Of a stretch of 64,000 nucleotides of DNA, positions 10,419-19,177 are shown in pieces; within the stretch, counting starts at the first letter, position 1, and the number at the start of each line of letters is the position of its first letter. This DNA comes from Polyangiales bacterium. GTDB taxonomy: Bacteria; Myxococcota_A; Polyangia; Polyangiales; Polyangiaceae. The notes under the pieces were generated by a model. It was not told the origin of the DNA and made no database searches. It was given only the letters and a program-made list of their open reading frames with translations. A program made the position numbers and the translations under genes. The stretch covers positions 59,175-123,174 of the forward strand of contig JBBRNJ010000016.1 of assembly GCA_038230375.1 (NCBI GenBank), given 5' to 3'.

Positions 10419-11981
10419 TCAGTTCGGTGGGTTGCGCTCGTAGAGGAGGTTCGGCACCGCTGTCATGAGAAGCTCGTGCGTCCCGGGTGCCTCGATCTCC
10501 CGAACGAAGTGGTAGTCGCTCTGGATGAGCGGCGCGAGTGTCTTCTCGACCGGGTGCCCCGTGAGCAGCAAATATCGCGGCTTCTGCGCGCGCAGCGCCG
10601 CGATGTACATGTCGCGGCTGACCCCGGGAACCTGGGAGGCCTGCGCGTCCAGCACGGCGAGCAGCGATACCTGAGGCGTGTCGTGACGCGCGACCTGCGC
10701 CATGAATGGGCTTGTCGGGGACACGATGTCGCCATCGAGCTTTGCCACCTCGTCGACAAGGTGCTTCGCGCGCTCTTGCGTGCGGAGCGCAGGCCTGAAA
10801 TGATCTTCCTCGGCGAGCCGTCCGAGAAGGAAGATGGCGAGCGCACCGGCGAACAGTCGTGCGCTGCGTGCGCCCGTACCGAAGAACGCAGCGGACACGT
10901 CCGCGAAGACGAGCACGGTCGGCACCGCCACGATGGCCATGAGCGAGATGAAGTTGTTCACCTCGCCCCAGATCTTCGCGAAGCCGATCAGGGCACCCGG
11001 GATCGCAAGCGCCGTGGCCTGCACCCAAAAGCGCGTGGTGGGGGAGAGGTGCTTCCAGGCGAGCGCGCCGATGCCCAACGACAGGAAGAGATGCGGCGCA
11101 CTGAGCGCGAGGACCTGACAGCCAAGGACCAGGCGGTCCGGCAAGAAATCGTGGTGACGCATGCCGAACATCCACATCGCAAAGCCGCCGTGGGTGAGTG
11201 CCTGAAGGCCAACGAACGCGCCAAGGACAAGGCCGACGAAGGTCACCGCATAGATCGCGCCCGTGCGTGCGTGCGCGCGAAACAGCAGGAGCGCGACGCC
11301 AACGCCCAGGAGCAAGTGCGTCTGCTTCGTGTAGACCGCAAGCGTCATGAGCATGGCGGCGGCAACGGCCCGCCACGCCCGGTGTGTCGCGTCCTCACGG
11401 ACCGCGCCGGCGGCGACCACGAGGCCAAGCGCGATGAAGGCTCCGCCAAGAGAGTCCACGCGCACCGAGTCCAGGCCACCGCGCACCGTCACGATGCCAG
11501 ACGTGGTGAGCCCCACCACCGCAAGCCCCAGCACCACGAAAGACGCGCTGGCTGTCGCACGCGCGCGAAGGGTGCGCTGTACGTGAACTCCGGCGAGCAC
11601 CGCAGCTCCGAAGAACGAACCAGCAGACACGGATCGGCCCACCGCAAACGTCACCCCGCCGGTGAGCTTCGAGACGAGCGCGACCACTGCGTAGTAGACC
11701 GGAGGGTACGCATAGGGGACGAACGTCGCGGGGTCGGTCGGGTAGATCGTCTGCCCGTGCGCGAGGCGGTTTGCTTCCACCATGCCTCCGCCTTCGATCC
11801 AGTCTATGGCCAGCGGGAAGCGGACGCGCGCCAGGAAGTAGTACGCGAACATCGCAACGTGGACGGCGGCGATCGCACCGAGTGAGAGCCAGGCTACGGA
11901 TGCGACCGTCCGTGTGCGCAGCTCGGAGCGCCAATCCTCACGCGCGCTTTGTCCCAGCTCTGCTTCCTGCGACTCGGACAT
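10419..11981 (-). CDS. Polytopic membrane glycosyltransferase (GT-C fold), paralog 2
   Basis: Collinear with 8907-10409: IDWIEGG, PYAYPPVYYAVVAL, AKIWG..NNF and VPNLLYERNPP. Confidence 0.7.
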   Translation of the reverse strand: MSESQEAELGQSAREDWRSELRTRTVASVAWLSLGAIAAVHVAMFAYYFLARVRFPLAIDWIEGGGMVEANRLAHGQTIYPTDPATFVPYAYPPVYYAVVALVSKLTGGVTFAVGRSVSAGSFFGAAVLAGVHVQRTLRARATASASFVVLGLAVVGLTTSGIVTVRGGLDSVRVDSLGGAFIALGLVVAAGAVREDATHRAWRAVAAAMLMTLAVYTKQTHLLLGVGVALLLFRAHARTGAIYAVTFVGLVLGAFVGLQALTHGGFAMWMFGMRHHDFLPDRLVLGCQVLALSAPHLFLSLGIGALAWKHLSPTTRFWVQATALAIPGALIGFAKIWGEVNNFISLMAIVAVPTVLVFADVSAAFFGTGARSARLFAGALAIFLLGRLAEEDHFRPALRTQERAKHLVDEVAKLDGDIVSPTSPFMAQVARHDTPQVSLLAVLDAQASQVPGVSRDMYIAALRAQKPRYLLLTGHPVEKTLAPLIQSDYHFVREIEAPGTHELLMTAVPNLLYERNPPN

Positions 11982-12164
11982 CTATCCCCCGCACGGCTGT
12001 GCTTACCACCAGGCTCCGGCGCACGCATGAGGTCGCAGGGGTCCTTAACGAATGGAAATCTCGCATCGGGCCTCGCGATGGGGAGTGGTGACCGTGGACA
12101 CCGCGCGCAGTGACCGTGGTCAGGCGCGCATTCGCCAGAGGCTTGAAAAATAGCTGTTTTGTGC

Positions 12165-12180
12165 AGGCACGGCGCTCGCT
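12165..12180 (+). promoter_or_regulatory. Possible sigma54 promoter of the S1 protease
   Basis: AGGCACGGCGCTCGCT (GG-N10-GC) with an AT-rich tract just upstream and a GGAGG RBS downstream. Confidence 0.45.
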
Positions 12181-12202
12181 CACGGGGGCGCGGAGGTTTC
12201 AA

Positions 12203-13282
12203 ATGAAGAAGGGAATCGTGTGCGCGTTCTTGATGGTGTTGGCCGCGGCGTGTGGATCTGATCCAAAGGAGGACTCGCCCGGCGGACCTCTGGCACCGGC
12301 GCCGGCTGCGTCGGCTGGAGGGGGTGGGGGCATCGGCGCGGACCAGGTGGAGATCGTGAGCGGTGTGCCGGACCGCGGGCGGGATCCAGCGGTCATCGCG
12401 ATCGACGTGGCGGGGGAGGGGCTGTGTTCGGGCACGCTCATCGCGAGTCAGATCGTCCTCACGGCGCGTCACTGCGTGTCGCGGACCACGGAGCAGGTGA
12501 GCTGTCCGCCCACGGGGCCGCAGATCACGCAGAACCGCGTGCCGAGCACGCTCGGGATCCTGGTCGGTGACGACATCGCCACGGCGAAGCTGGTGGCGAA
12601 GGGGCGCACGCTGGTCGTGCCTGCGGGTGATGCGCTCTGCGAGGCGGACATCGCGCTGATCGTCCTCGATCGGCCCGTCGTCGGCGTGACGCCGGTGGGC
12701 TTCCGCCGGTCGCCGGTGAAGGCGGGCGAGCACGTGCGCGCCGTGGGCTTTGGAATGACCGGACCGAACAGCGGAGCCGGCGTGAAGCTGCTCCGCGAGC
12801 ACGTCCTCGTGCAGAGCGTCTCCGCGACCGAGCTCATGGTGGGCGAGGCGACGTGTCAGGGAGACTCCGGCGGGCCTGCGCTCGACGAGTCGACGTCCGA
12901 GGTGATCGGCGTCGTGTCCCGCGGCGGTCCTTCGTGCGTGGGAAAGAACGTGCACAACATCTACACGCGCGTGGATGCGTTCGCGTCGCTCGTGGAGGAC
13001 GCGTTCCATCACGTGTCGCAGCCGGAGCCTGCGCCGGTGGATGCGGGGGCTGGCTCCGCGAAGAGCGGCGGAAAGTCAAAGCCCACCTCGGACGTCGGCA
13101 ATACCTGTGCGAAGGCGACCGACTGCGCGACCGGCCTCTGCGTGCAGCCGGCACCTGGGGGGACGGGCGGGACGGCGCCGTCTTATTGCTCGCGCCACTG
13201 CGGAACGGGCGATCGGTGCCCGGACGGCTTCCACTGCGAGAAGGCCACGGACGCCAGCCATGTCTGCGTTCGCCACGACTGA
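12203..13282 (+). CDS. Trypsin-like S1 serine protease lipoprotein with Cys-rich C-terminal domain
   Basis: LAAAC lipobox; LTARHC, DIALI and GDSGGP triad motifs; GGAGG RBS. Confidence 0.9.
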   Translation: MKKGIVCAFLMVLAAACGSDPKEDSPGGPLAPAPAASAGGGGGIGADQVEIVSGVPDRGRDPAVIAIDVAGEGLCSGTLIASQIVLTARHCVSRTTEQVSCPPTGPQITQNRVPSTLGILVGDDIATAKLVAKGRTLVVPAGDALCEADIALIVLDRPVVGVTPVGFRRSPVKAGEHVRAVGFGMTGPNSGAGVKLLREHVLVQSVSATELMVGEATCQGDSGGPALDESTSEVIGVVSRGGPSCVGKNVHNIYTRVDAFASLVEDAFHHVSQPEPAPVDAGAGSAKSGGKSKPTSDVGNTCAKATDCATGLCVQPAPGGTGGTAPSYCSRHCGTGDRCPDGFHCEKATDASHVCVRHD

Positions 13283-13358
13283 CCTGCGTGCCCAAGGCCT
13301 CTGCCGGGATTCTACCGGCAGCATTGAAATCGGGGGCGGTCACCCGTAAGAGTATCTC

Positions 13359-14507
13359 GTGGATTTTTCCCTCTCCGAAGAACACGAGCTGCTCCGAAAG
13401 ACCGTCCGCGATTTCGCCAACGCGGAGGTCAAACCTCATGCGCGCAAGTGGGACGAAGAGGAGCGCTTCCCGAAGGAGATCGTCCCGCGTCTGGCGGAGC
13501 TCGGTCTCCTCGGGATCCGCATCCCAGAGGAGTACGGCGGGTCGGGCATGGACACGACCAGCTACGCGATCTGCGTCGAGGAGATCGCGCGCGTGGACGG
13601 GTCGCTCGCGCTGACCGTCGCGTCGCACAACGGGCTGGGCACGGGGCACATCCTGTCGTTCGGGTCGGATGCGATGAAGAAGAAGTATTTGCCGAAGGCG
13701 GCGAAGGGGGAGTTGCTCGCGGCGTGGGCGCTCACGGAGCCGGGCAGCGGGAGTGACTCCGCGGGCCTTCTCACAACGGCCAAGCCGGAGCGCGGCGGCT
13801 ACGTGATCAACGGCACGAAGATGTTCATCACGCAGGGCAGCGTCGGTGGCTTCTGCGTGGTGCTGGCGCGCACGAACCCTGAGGTCTCGAAGCAGAAGGG
13901 GATCACCGCATTCGTTGTGGAGCACGGCACGCCGGGCTTCGCGGCGTCGAAGCACCTGGAGAAGCTCGGTTGCCGCTCGAGCGACACCTGCGAGCTCACG
14001 TTCGAGAACGTGTGGGTCCCGGACGACAACCGCGTGGGTGAGCTCGATCACGGCTTCACGGACACCATGAAGATCCTGGACCGCGGTCGCATCTCGATCG
14101 CGGCCATGGCGCTGGGCCTTGGTTATGGCGCGCTGGAAGCGGCGGTCAGCTACTCGAAGGACCGCAAGCAGTTCGGAAAGGCGATATCGGAGTTCCAGGC
14201 CGTGCAGTGGATGCTGGCGGACACCAAGACGGAGCTGGACGCGGCAAGCCTGCTCACCTATCGCGCGGCGTGGCTGTGCGATCAGGGCAAGCAGTATAGC
14301 CGCGAGGCGTCCATGGCGAAGCTCTTCGCGAGCGAGGCCTCCTCACGCGCATGCAATCGCTCGCTGCAGATCCACGGCGGCTACGGCTACACCCGCGAGT
14401 TCCCCGTGGAGCGCCACCTCCGCGACGCAAAGATCTGCGAGATCGGCGAAGGCACGAGCGAAGTGCAGCGCATGGTGATCGCAAAGCATCTACTGATGGG
14501 CGGCTGA
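13359..14507 (+). CDS. Acyl-CoA dehydrogenase
   Basis: ALTEPGSGSD, NGTKMFITQG, RKQFGK, QIHGGYGY and IGEGTSEVQR. Confidence 0.95.
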   Translation: MDFSLSEEHELLRKTVRDFANAEVKPHARKWDEEERFPKEIVPRLAELGLLGIRIPEEYGGSGMDTTSYAICVEEIARVDGSLALTVASHNGLGTGHILSFGSDAMKKKYLPKAAKGELLAAWALTEPGSGSDSAGLLTTAKPERGGYVINGTKMFITQGSVGGFCVVLARTNPEVSKQKGITAFVVEHGTPGFAASKHLEKLGCRSSDTCELTFENVWVPDDNRVGELDHGFTDTMKILDRGRISIAAMALGLGYGALEAAVSYSKDRKQFGKAISEFQAVQWMLADTKTELDAASLLTYRAAWLCDQGKQYSREASMAKLFASEASSRACNRSLQIHGGYGYTREFPVERHLRDAKICEIGEGTSEVQRMVIAKHLLMGG

Positions 14508-14626
14508 CCCGACACCGCCGCGGTCTGGAGGACAAAACGACCAGTGCGGAGTCGGCTGTCTGGCCGCTCCGCAAGGTCGATATGAAGGCTACGAAGGCGC
14601 GCGAGCGCTCCGTCGCCGTTTTGAGC

Positions 14627-15193
14627 TCAGGGGCGCGAGTGGCGCTCGCCCTCCTTGCTGCCGTTCGCGGACTTGCCCGGAACCGCGGACTCCGCCACGG
14701 AGCACACGTCGTGCGCGCCGTACTGCTTCATCACCTCGGTCGCCTTCGTTCGCTCCTCGCCGCTCTCCGTGTGGAGAGAGACCAGGATGTTGCCGCCGCG
14801 AAGCTTGCCTTCGTACTGCTTCGCCTCGATCTCCGGGATACCCATGCCGACGAGCGCGCCGGCCACACCACCGACCGCGGCGCCCGCTGCAATACCGCTG
14901 AGGCCCGCAAGGAGCGGCCCCGCCGCAATGAACGGTCCGAGACCGGGGATGGCGAGCGCGCCTACACCGACAAGGACGCCCAGACCGCCACCGAGGAGTC
15001 CGCCCGCACTCGCACCAGCGACAGCGCCTTCAGGCGCCTTGGTGTTGTGCTCATGCGCAAAGTCCTTCGTGCCCGTCTTGTCCGGGAACAGAACCGAGAT
15101 ATCGCGACTCGAGAAACCTGAATTGGTGAGCTTGGTGACGAGCGCCTCTGCCTGCGCAAGAGTCTCGACCAAGCACAGAACTGCCTTCTTCAT
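14627..15193 (-). CDS. General-stress membrane protein (YflT/DUF3341-like, glycine zipper)
   Basis: GALAIPGLGPFIAAGP and GALVGMGIPE.EAK.YE motifs. Confidence 0.75.
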   Translation of the reverse strand: MKKAVLCLVETLAQAEALVTKLTNSGFSSRDISVLFPDKTGTKDFAHEHNTKAPEGAVAGASAGGLLGGGLGVLVGVGALAIPGLGPFIAAGPLLAGLSGIAAGAAVGGVAGALVGMGIPEIEAKQYEGKLRGGNILVSLHTESGEERTKATEVMKQYGAHDVCSVAESAVPGKSANGSKEGERHSRP

Positions 15194-15218
15194 TTGATTG
15201 CCTCTTTCCTTTCTCTGC

Positions 15219-15770
15219 TTACTTCTTCACGTCAATCTGGTTGCTGACGTCCACGACGCCAGGCGCTGCCTTTGCCTTCGCCTCGATGGCCTGGCGTTCC
15301 GAGATCGTGTTCACGACTCCGCGCAACACCACGTGGGCGTCCTTCGTGATGATCTTCACGTTCTTCGCGTTGAAGGACATGCTGGGATCGCCCATGACCG
15401 ATTGACGGATCTTCTGGGTGATCTTGATATCCGAAATGCTGTTGCCCTGGTCCATGGGCGTCATCAATGCGGCGCTGCGGTCACGGGTGTTCATGGCCGT
15501 GTTGTCAGCATCATTGGACGGCGGGGTCTGCCCGTTTGCCGGCGCCGGGACCACCGTGGGCGTCGCCGTGGTCGTGGGTGTCATCGTCGCCGTGGTGGTG
15601 GTCGCCACGGGCATCGGCGCTTCCGCGTTCGTGGACGCGGGCGTGGTGGGCGTCGCGGACGTGCGGTGGGCCTCCATGGACGGGCTTTCGGCGGGCCTCG
15701 TGTTGTCTGCGCAGCCCATGAGGACCATCGCGACAAGAACAGGGGCACAACTGAGCGAGGACAGTTTCAT
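15219..15770 (-). CDS. BON-domain lipoprotein (OsmY-like)
   Basis: VLMGC lipobox; DIKITQKIR...NVKIIT...V.LRGVV...GVVDVSNQIDV. Confidence 0.85.
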   Translation of the reverse strand: MKLSSLSCAPVLVAMVLMGCADNTRPAESPSMEAHRTSATPTTPASTNAEAPMPVATTTTATMTPTTTATPTVVPAPANGQTPPSNDADNTAMNTRDRSAALMTPMDQGNSISDIKITQKIRQSVMGDPSMSFNAKNVKIITKDAHVVLRGVVNTISERQAIEAKAKAAPGVVDVSNQIDVKK

Positions 15771-15821
15771 GACTTTCTCCAAGGGTGGAACCCATTCGGG
15801 TGTTCGTTCGGAGAGCCCAAA

Positions 15822-15837
15822 AGCAATCCTCGTTCCG
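15822..15837 (-). promoter_or_regulatory. Sigma54 promoter of the BON/stress-protein pair
   Basis: Minus strand reads CGGAACGAGGATTGCT (GG-N10-GC with TTGC). Confidence 0.6.
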
Positions 15838-15984
15838 CGCGAGTTCCGCGGAAATTCGTGCGGGCGACCGGCGCGCGCCCGGGGCATTTGGCCCTCACAC
15901 GCCCGCGCATGTGGCGTGAATGCAGATGCGCGCTGATCGCCATTCAACGGTGATGGCGTGCAGCATCATCGCGTGGAGCGACGA

Positions 15985-16000
15985 AGGCACGAGGGTTGCT
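15985..16000 (+). promoter_or_regulatory. Sigma54 promoter of the hemerythrin gene
   Basis: AGGCACGAGGGTTGCT, near consensus; the predicted +1 falls at about the ATG (16012). Confidence 0.7.
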
Positions 16001-16011
16001 TGCGTGGGGTC

Positions 16012-16731
16012 ATGACCACCAACACACAAGACTCAAGCTCCGTTACCAGATCGCTGTCCAGCATCGTTCAGCGCGTCGCATCGACGCTGCATCTGAATGG
16101 CGCTGCGAAGCGCGAGGCAGGGGCGCCCATTCGCGCGACGGACCTCCTCATCCAGCAGCACGAGCTCATCGACGCTCTGTGGAAGGAGTTCGAGAGTGCA
16201 CCGGGGGCGAAGAAGGCGGCGGTCTTCGAGCGCATCGCGGCCACGCTGGTCGCGCACGACGCGATCGAACGGGAGATCTTCTACCCGGCGTGCGAAGCCG
16301 CCCTTGGCAAGGACGATCCCCATCTGGAGGAGTCGCTGGTCGAGCATGGTCTCGTGGAATTCAGCATCTTCAGCGCGGACCGGTGCAAGGACGGCGACTA
16401 CTTCGAGTCATGCGTCCACGTGCTGAAGGAAGTGGTTCAGCACCACGTGAAGGAGGAGCAGGACGATCTGTTTCCCGACATCAACGACACGATCAAGCAG
16501 GCCGAGTTGCTCGCGCTCGGCGCGAAGATGGAAGCGCGCTTCGCGAAGGCGCTCCAGGAAGACTGGCGTGCTGGTCTCCGCGCGAACCTCGAGCAAGTGC
16601 TCGCCGGGAAGACGAAGACGAAGGCCAAGGCGAAGGCGGCGTCGCCATCGTCTGCCACCAAGGGTGCGGCGCGTGTGGCTCACCGGAAGGTCGCAGACCG
16701 CAAGGTCGCTGCGAAGAAGCGCAAGAGCTGA
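16012..16731 (+). CDS. Hemerythrin (HHE) domain protein with Lys/Ala-rich tail
   Basis: LLIQQH, H...EREIFYP, EH and HHVKEEQ..LFP. Confidence 0.85.
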   Translation: MTTNTQDSSSVTRSLSSIVQRVASTLHLNGAAKREAGAPIRATDLLIQQHELIDALWKEFESAPGAKKAAVFERIAATLVAHDAIEREIFYPACEAALGKDDPHLEESLVEHGLVEFSIFSADRCKDGDYFESCVHVLKEVVQHHVKEEQDDLFPDINDTIKQAELLALGAKMEARFAKALQEDWRAGLRANLEQVLAGKTKTKAKAKAASPSSATKGAARVAHRKVADRKVAAKKRKS

Positions 16732-16835
16732 CGGGACTCCCGCCACGGCAAACCCGCGTCTACAACGACGCCACGTATGTGGCGCCAGCGCCGATCTGTC
16801 ACGCGCGAACGCCCGCGCTCGACGTGCTGCGGCGC

Positions 16836-19079
16836 TCACGCGAAGAGCTGCGCCACTCGTTCTGCGGTTCTCGCTCTTGCTTCCGCGAACTCTGGTGTGT
16901 CCCGGATCACTGTCAGCGCGGCGCAGTTGTCCAGCCAGCCCAGGTCCCAGAAGTGGCCCCAGTCGATCTTGGCCATGAAGGCCAATGCCTTGTCGCGTAG
17001 GCCGAGCGCGCCGTAGTACTCGATGGTGACCTGCGCGAGGAAGCCCTGTTGACGCGGGCCGAAGGTGCGCGCGATGTAGCCCGACATCTGCTCGAAGACG
17101 GGCTCGTGCTCCTGTCCGTTCGCGTAGGCGCGGAGCATGGGGATCGTGTTCTTCCAGGCGGCGTTCTCCGCGTTCGCCTCGATCTCGTCCGCCAGGCTCA
17201 CCGCACGCGCGCGATCGTTCGTCCAGTAGACCAGGCGCGATTCGAAGATGGCAATCGCTCGCCCACCGCCCAGCTCGCGGGCGTGCTGGATGGCGCGCTT
17301 CGTGTCTTCGAAGCGGCCCATCGTCGCGAGGATGCGCGTGCGCGTGGTGTGCGCGCCGAACGCCTTCGGATCGAGCCGGAGCGAGAGCTCGATTCGCTGC
17401 AGGGCTTCCGGCAAGTGGCCTGTATCTGCCAGCACGCCGGCCACCGTGTAGTGCGCCTCCGCCATGAGCGGGTTGCGCCGGAGCGCCTCCTCCTCTGCGT
17501 GCAGCACGCCGCGATAGTCGCCTATCGTGCTACGGATGAGCGCGATGGCGTGGTACGCGTCGCTCACGGACGGGTCCAGATCGATCGCGCGCAGGGCGAG
17601 CTCCTCGCTCTGGACGAACAGGCTGCGGTCCGCGCCCACGCTCTGGATGAACGTGCGGATCTGGCAGAGGGCGAGCAGCGACATCACCCATGGGTTGTCG
17701 GGCGCCGCGAAGAGCATGTCCTCGGCCATGCGCGTGGCCTTCTGCACGCTCTCCGGATCGAAGAGCGCGAAGAGCTGCTTGGCTTCTTCCCACTTTGCTC
17801 TGGTCTCAGGATCGTCCGGGCCCTGGTTGCGCCCACATCGCTGCAGGATCGCCGGCACCACGCGTGCGAGCACCGCGTCCTCCAGGCCGAACGTGTCATC
17901 CATCTTGCCGTCGACCTGGTCTGCCCACACCACCGAGGCCTTGTTGCGATCGACAAGGCGCACGCGCACACGCACGCTCGCGCCCGAGGCGCGTATGCCT
18001 CCCTCCACGCTCAGCGTCCCGGTGGCGGCGGGAAGCGTGCGCTCCCGCGCGAACGTCACGCCCTTCGCGCCCACAAGGCCATCCGCGAGCGCCGACTCGA
18101 TCGCAAGCGCAAGCTCCGCGGGCTCACCCTCGAAGTTGCGGAGGACCACGCTCCGCTCAGCGCTGCTCGGCAGATCCATGCGGATGGTCGCGCCACCCGC
18201 GCTCGGCCGGGCCCGCATGCCGCGGAGGATCTCCAGGCGCTCGGCGAACGTCGCCGCGTCCGGGCGGTCCTCGCGCCGCCGCTCGAGCGCGCTCGCAATG
18301 AGAGCGCTCACGCCGTCCGGCACCGAAGGCGCGACGCTCCGTGCGTTCGGCGCAGGCCGTGTGAGCCGTGCCGCCGCGATCGCAAAGGGAGAATCGCCGC
18401 CGAAAGGTAGCGTGCCCGTGACCAGCTGGAAGAGCATCACCCCGAGCGCATAGATGTCCGAGCGACCGTCGATGGCGAGGCCTTCGACCTGCTCCGGTGC
18501 CATGTACGCCGGCGTGCCGACAATGTTGTTCATGGTGGCATGAGCGTCATCACCAGAGAGCGCGCGCGCGATACCGAAGTCCGTGAGCACCACCCGACTG
18601 CCTGTCAGCATGATGTTGTCTGGCTTCAGATCCCGGTGCACCACGCCGGCCGCATGCGCCGCGACCAGGCCCGCGCACGACTCTTGCGCCACGCGAAGCA
18701 CCTCGGGAAGCGGGATGCCGCGGCCCGCGGCGACCGACAGCGCCTCGCCCGTGATGAGCTCCATGGTGATGAAGCGGCTGCCCTCGTGGACGCCCAGGTC
18801 GTAGGTGCGTGCGATGTTCGTATGGGTGACCCTTCGCGCGAGCTTCACCTCACGACGGAATCGGGCGAGCGCGTCGGGTGAGCTCGAGAGCTCCGACCGC
18901 AGCACCTTGAGCGCGACCTCTTCTTCGAGCTCCAGATCGATGACCTTGTATACTGCACCCATTCCGCCTTCGCCGAGCGGCGCGCGGATCTCGTACCGGC
19001 CCGCAAGCCGCGCCCCGATCGGGAATGGCCCGAAGGACATGGTGGGGGCAAGGGAAGGGTCATCCACGGCCTCCAACAT
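16836..19079 (-). CDS. Ser/Thr protein kinase with TolB-N-like and TPR domains
   Basis: LGEGGMGAVY, VALK, HRDLKPDN, DFG and GTPAYMAPE, followed by helical TPR-like repeats. Confidence 0.92.
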   Translation of the reverse strand: MLEAVDDPSLAPTMSFGPFPIGARLAGRYEIRAPLGEGGMGAVYKVIDLELEEEVALKVLRSELSSSPDALARFRREVKLARRVTHTNIARTYDLGVHEGSRFITMELITGEALSVAAGRGIPLPEVLRVAQESCAGLVAAHAAGVVHRDLKPDNIMLTGSRVVLTDFGIARALSGDDAHATMNNIVGTPAYMAPEQVEGLAIDGRSDIYALGVMLFQLVTGTLPFGGDSPFAIAAARLTRPAPNARSVAPSVPDGVSALIASALERRREDRPDAATFAERLEILRGMRARPSAGGATIRMDLPSSAERSVVLRNFEGEPAELALAIESALADGLVGAKGVTFARERTLPAATGTLSVEGGIRASGASVRVRVRLVDRNKASVVWADQVDGKMDDTFGLEDAVLARVVPAILQRCGRNQGPDDPETRAKWEEAKQLFALFDPESVQKATRMAEDMLFAAPDNPWVMSLLALCQIRTFIQSVGADRSLFVQSEELALRAIDLDPSVSDAYHAIALIRSTIGDYRGVLHAEEEALRRNPLMAEAHYTVAGVLADTGHLPEALQRIELSLRLDPKAFGAHTTRTRILATMGRFEDTKRAIQHARELGGGRAIAIFESRLVYWTNDRARAVSLADEIEANAENAAWKNTIPMLRAYANGQEHEPVFEQMSGYIARTFGPRQQGFLAQVTIEYYGALGLRDKALAFMAKIDWGHFWDLGWLDNCAALTVIRDTPEFAEARARTAERVAQLFA

Positions 19080-19177
19080 ACAACGCCAACGCTCGAGAAG
19101 GTCTCCCCCCAGGATGGCCGGGTCTGGTCCGATCCAATGTAGATGCAGACGTCCGGCTGGGTGCTAGGGTGCGGATC

